Under the pieces are notes generated by a model. That model saw only the letters and a program-made list of their open reading frames with translations, was not told where the DNA came from and did not search any database. Positions 62,135 to 64,000 of a stretch of DNA of 64,000 nt are shown one piece after another; within the stretch, counting starts at the first letter, position 1, and each line of letters opens with the position of its first letter. The stretch is from Nanoarchaeota archaeon SCGC AAA011-D5 (GTDB taxonomy: Archaea; Nanobdellota; Nanobdellia; Pacearchaeales; GW2011-AR1). Both the position numbers and the translations under genes were made by a program. The stretch covers positions 892 through 64,891 of the forward strand of contig ASMP01000001.1 of the NCBI GenBank assembly GCA_000405225.1. Direction: 5' to 3'.

Positions 62135-63634
62135 CTAGTAGCTCTTGGCTATATACACAACCACATTTGCACTAGTATTGCAAATTATGCATTTTCCGAA
62201 AGGCTTTTCATTTCTGTCTGCCAAAGTCCCACGCACCTCTGCACCTATTTCTTTCTCAACATATTCTGCGCATTTTTCTCCTTTTTTCTCTGTTGAACAG
62301 AAATTTACTCTCGCGATTTTTCCTTCCTTTAGTATTTTTCTGATGTCTTCCTTTGTCTTGCAGCTGACAGTTTTCCCTTTCATGTTATTGTCTGCCCTTG
62401 TTTTCAGCCTTTTGTCGTAAGCCTCTCCTAATTTTTTTATATAACCAAATTTGCCTAATGGGGCAGTTGTCTTCACTCCCGTGTCTCTTGTGAAAAGAGT
62501 GAATTTTTTTCCTTTGAGTTCTTTTTCCCCGATTTCTATCCTAAAAGGGACTCCCTTCAGCTCCCATTCATGGAATTTCCACCCAGGAGTGGAATTTTCA
62601 TCAGAGTCAAGCTTTGTCCTTACGCCATTCGCTTCTAATTTTTTCATTATCTCTCCCGCATACTTCAAAATCTTGGATTTGTTTTTTACAGTGTAGATAG
62701 GGATTACAACTGCCTGAACAGGAGCAATTTCAAAAGGAAGAACAAGGCCTTTGTCATCTCCGTGCGTTGAGATTACTGAAACAAGAATTCTGGACACTGC
62801 AGGCCCATAGGCTGTTGTGTAAAGGTATTCTTCTTTTCCTTCTTTTGTCGTGAATTTTGCGTCAAATGCCTTAGAGAATCTCTGACCCATGAAATGCGTT
62901 GATGGCTGCTGAATAAGCTTTCCGTCAGGCATTAAGACATCTGATCCTATTGTATATTCTGCACCTGCAAACTTGTCCCAAGAAGGGCGCCTGATTGGAA
63001 GGAATGGAATTCCGAATTTTTCATACAGAATTTTTCTTGTTGTGTCTATATCTTCCTGAACTTGAGCTTCTGCCTCTTTTTTTGTTGCAAATGCATCATG
63101 ACATTCTATCCAATAAAATTCCCTGCCTCTTACCAAAGGCCTTGTTGATTTTGTGTCATATCTGAATACAGAACCTCTCTGGTAAAGTTTCAGGGGCAAG
63201 TCCCTGTGGCTTCTTACCCATAGAGCGAACATCGGGGTGAAGACGGTTTCGCTTGTAGGTCGGAGGGCAAGTCTCTCTTCTTTACCATTTTTGCCTTCTT
63301 TATCAGTTTCAAGCCAGAAAACTTCTGGTGCAAATCCTTGAATGTGGCTTTCCTCTTTTTTTAGATTTGATTCCGGAATCACAGAAGGCATTATCACTGG
63401 AAGATGCCCCTTATTCTGCAACTCTTTTTCAAACATGTCGTAAAGCCTTTCAATTATTAATGTTCCCCATGGTCTTATTATAACAAACCCCTTTATTCCA
63501 AGCCTTAAGTCAACAATTTCTGCTTTTTCTATTATCTGCGAATACCACTCAGAAAAATTCTCTGATTTTTTTACCGTCAGCCCTTCCTTACTTTTGCTAT
63601 TCTTAGATGAATCCTTATCAGACTGCTTGGTCAT
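62135..63634 (-). CDS. proS: proline--tRNA ligase (archaeal/eukaryal type)
   Basis: Class II motifs (LRPTSET, FRYDTKSTRPLVRGREFYWIECH, ...GPAVSR), anticodon-binding domain, C-terminal zinc domain ending ...YIAKSY. Confidence 0.95.
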   Translation of the reverse strand: MTKQSDKDSSKNSKSKEGLTVKKSENFSEWYSQIIEKAEIVDLRLGIKGFVIIRPWGTLIIERLYDMFEKELQNKGHLPVIMPSVIPESNLKKEESHIQGFAPEVFWLETDKEGKNGKEERLALRPTSETVFTPMFALWVRSHRDLPLKLYQRGSVFRYDTKSTRPLVRGREFYWIECHDAFATKKEAEAQVQEDIDTTRKILYEKFGIPFLPIRRPSWDKFAGAEYTIGSDVLMPDGKLIQQPSTHFMGQRFSKAFDAKFTTKEGKEEYLYTTAYGPAVSRILVSVISTHGDDKGLVLPFEIAPVQAVVIPIYTVKNKSKILKYAGEIMKKLEANGVRTKLDSDENSTPGWKFHEWELKGVPFRIEIGEKELKGKKFTLFTRDTGVKTTAPLGKFGYIKKLGEAYDKRLKTRADNNMKGKTVSCKTKEDIRKILKEGKIARVNFCSTEKKGEKCAEYVEKEIGAEVRGTLADRNEKPFGKCIICNTSANVVVYIAKSY

Positions 63635-63674
63635 TAATAAAATTAGAAAGAATATTTAATAAATGTTTTGGGGG

Positions 63675-64000
63675 CTAAATTATGGTTTGATTTAAGGCTT
63701 CAAGAGCGATGTTATTCACAGCAATCTTTATGTGGTTTGATTCAAGAGCAAATCCAAGATTTTCTCCACCCGCTACCTTGAAGTTATTTATGCCTATGGC
63801 CTTTCCTTGTTTATCTATCAAAGGCCCTCCCGAGTTCCCCGGATTAAGAGCAGCATCAATTTGAGTGTATGCCTTAAGACTGCTTGGTCCTTCTCTGTGG
63901 ATTCCTGAAACAATCCCTTCAGAGACAGAGAATACAAGACCATAGGGATTTCCTATGGCAATTACCTTTTCGCCAATTTTTACATTGTTAGAATCCCCCA
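63675..64000 (-). CDS. HtrA/DegP-like trypsin-fold serine protease (C-terminal part; continues beyond the window)
   Basis: Translation of the minus strand gives ...IAIGNPYGLVFSVSEGIVSG...YTQIDAALNPGNSGGPLIDKQGKAIGINNF...NNIALEALNQTII*; catalytic GNSGGP motif; stop at 63675-63677; open at the window edge. Confidence 0.8.
   Translation of the reverse strand, partial: GDSNNVKIGEKVIAIGNPYGLVFSVSEGIVSGIHREGPSSLKAYTQIDAALNPGNSGGPLIDKQGKAIGINNFKVAGGENLGFALESNHIKIAVNNIALEALNQTII

Overview
This is an AT-rich (by eye roughly one-third G+C), densely packed chromosome segment of an archaeon, most plausibly a small-genome DPANN-type lineage. The archaeal call rests on RadA, TFB, TFE, SRP54/FtsY, an Sm-like protein, Nop10, aIF2-alpha, tRNA-splicing endonuclease, RNase Z, deoxyhypusine synthase, EndoQ, Bud32 and a GINS-like protein. 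It also rests on ribosomal proteins uS15, eS1, eL42, eS8 and eS17, and on palindromic TTTATAAA TATA-like boxes about 20-45 nt upstream of several starts. I count 8 tRNA genes and 5 aminoacyl-tRNA synthetases (Gly and Pro of archaeal/eukaryal type, Leu and Ala of bacterial type). Two accessory surface-protein regions sit within this housekeeping backbone. (i) A two-gene module bracketed by tRNA genes (21958-30548) encodes a 2,239-aa membrane-anchored protein ending in a lytic transglycosylase plus a VanY/M15B peptidase. These enzymes act on bacterial murein, which the archaeon itself should not have. (ii) A five-gene island (34209-44189) lies next to two tRNAs and is dominated by a 1,820-aa sequon-rich protein. 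That protein has six near-identical 45-aa repeats, internal module duplications and an unexpected C-terminal double helix-turn-helix tail, and a mosaic paralogous cassette gene sits immediately downstream. A third oddity is an orphan bacterial sigma-70 region-4 domain gene (17752-18654), which sits beside tRNA-Thr, a GC-rich glutaredoxin gene remnant and a bacterial-type DAHP synthase. Taken together, the murein hydrolases, the sigma-4 domain, several bacterial-type genes and a DisA/DHH c-di-AMP pair suggest an archaeon with a toolkit directed at bacteria. That is inference, not demonstrated. I recognised no rRNA, CRISPR array, transposase, integrase or reverse transcriptase.
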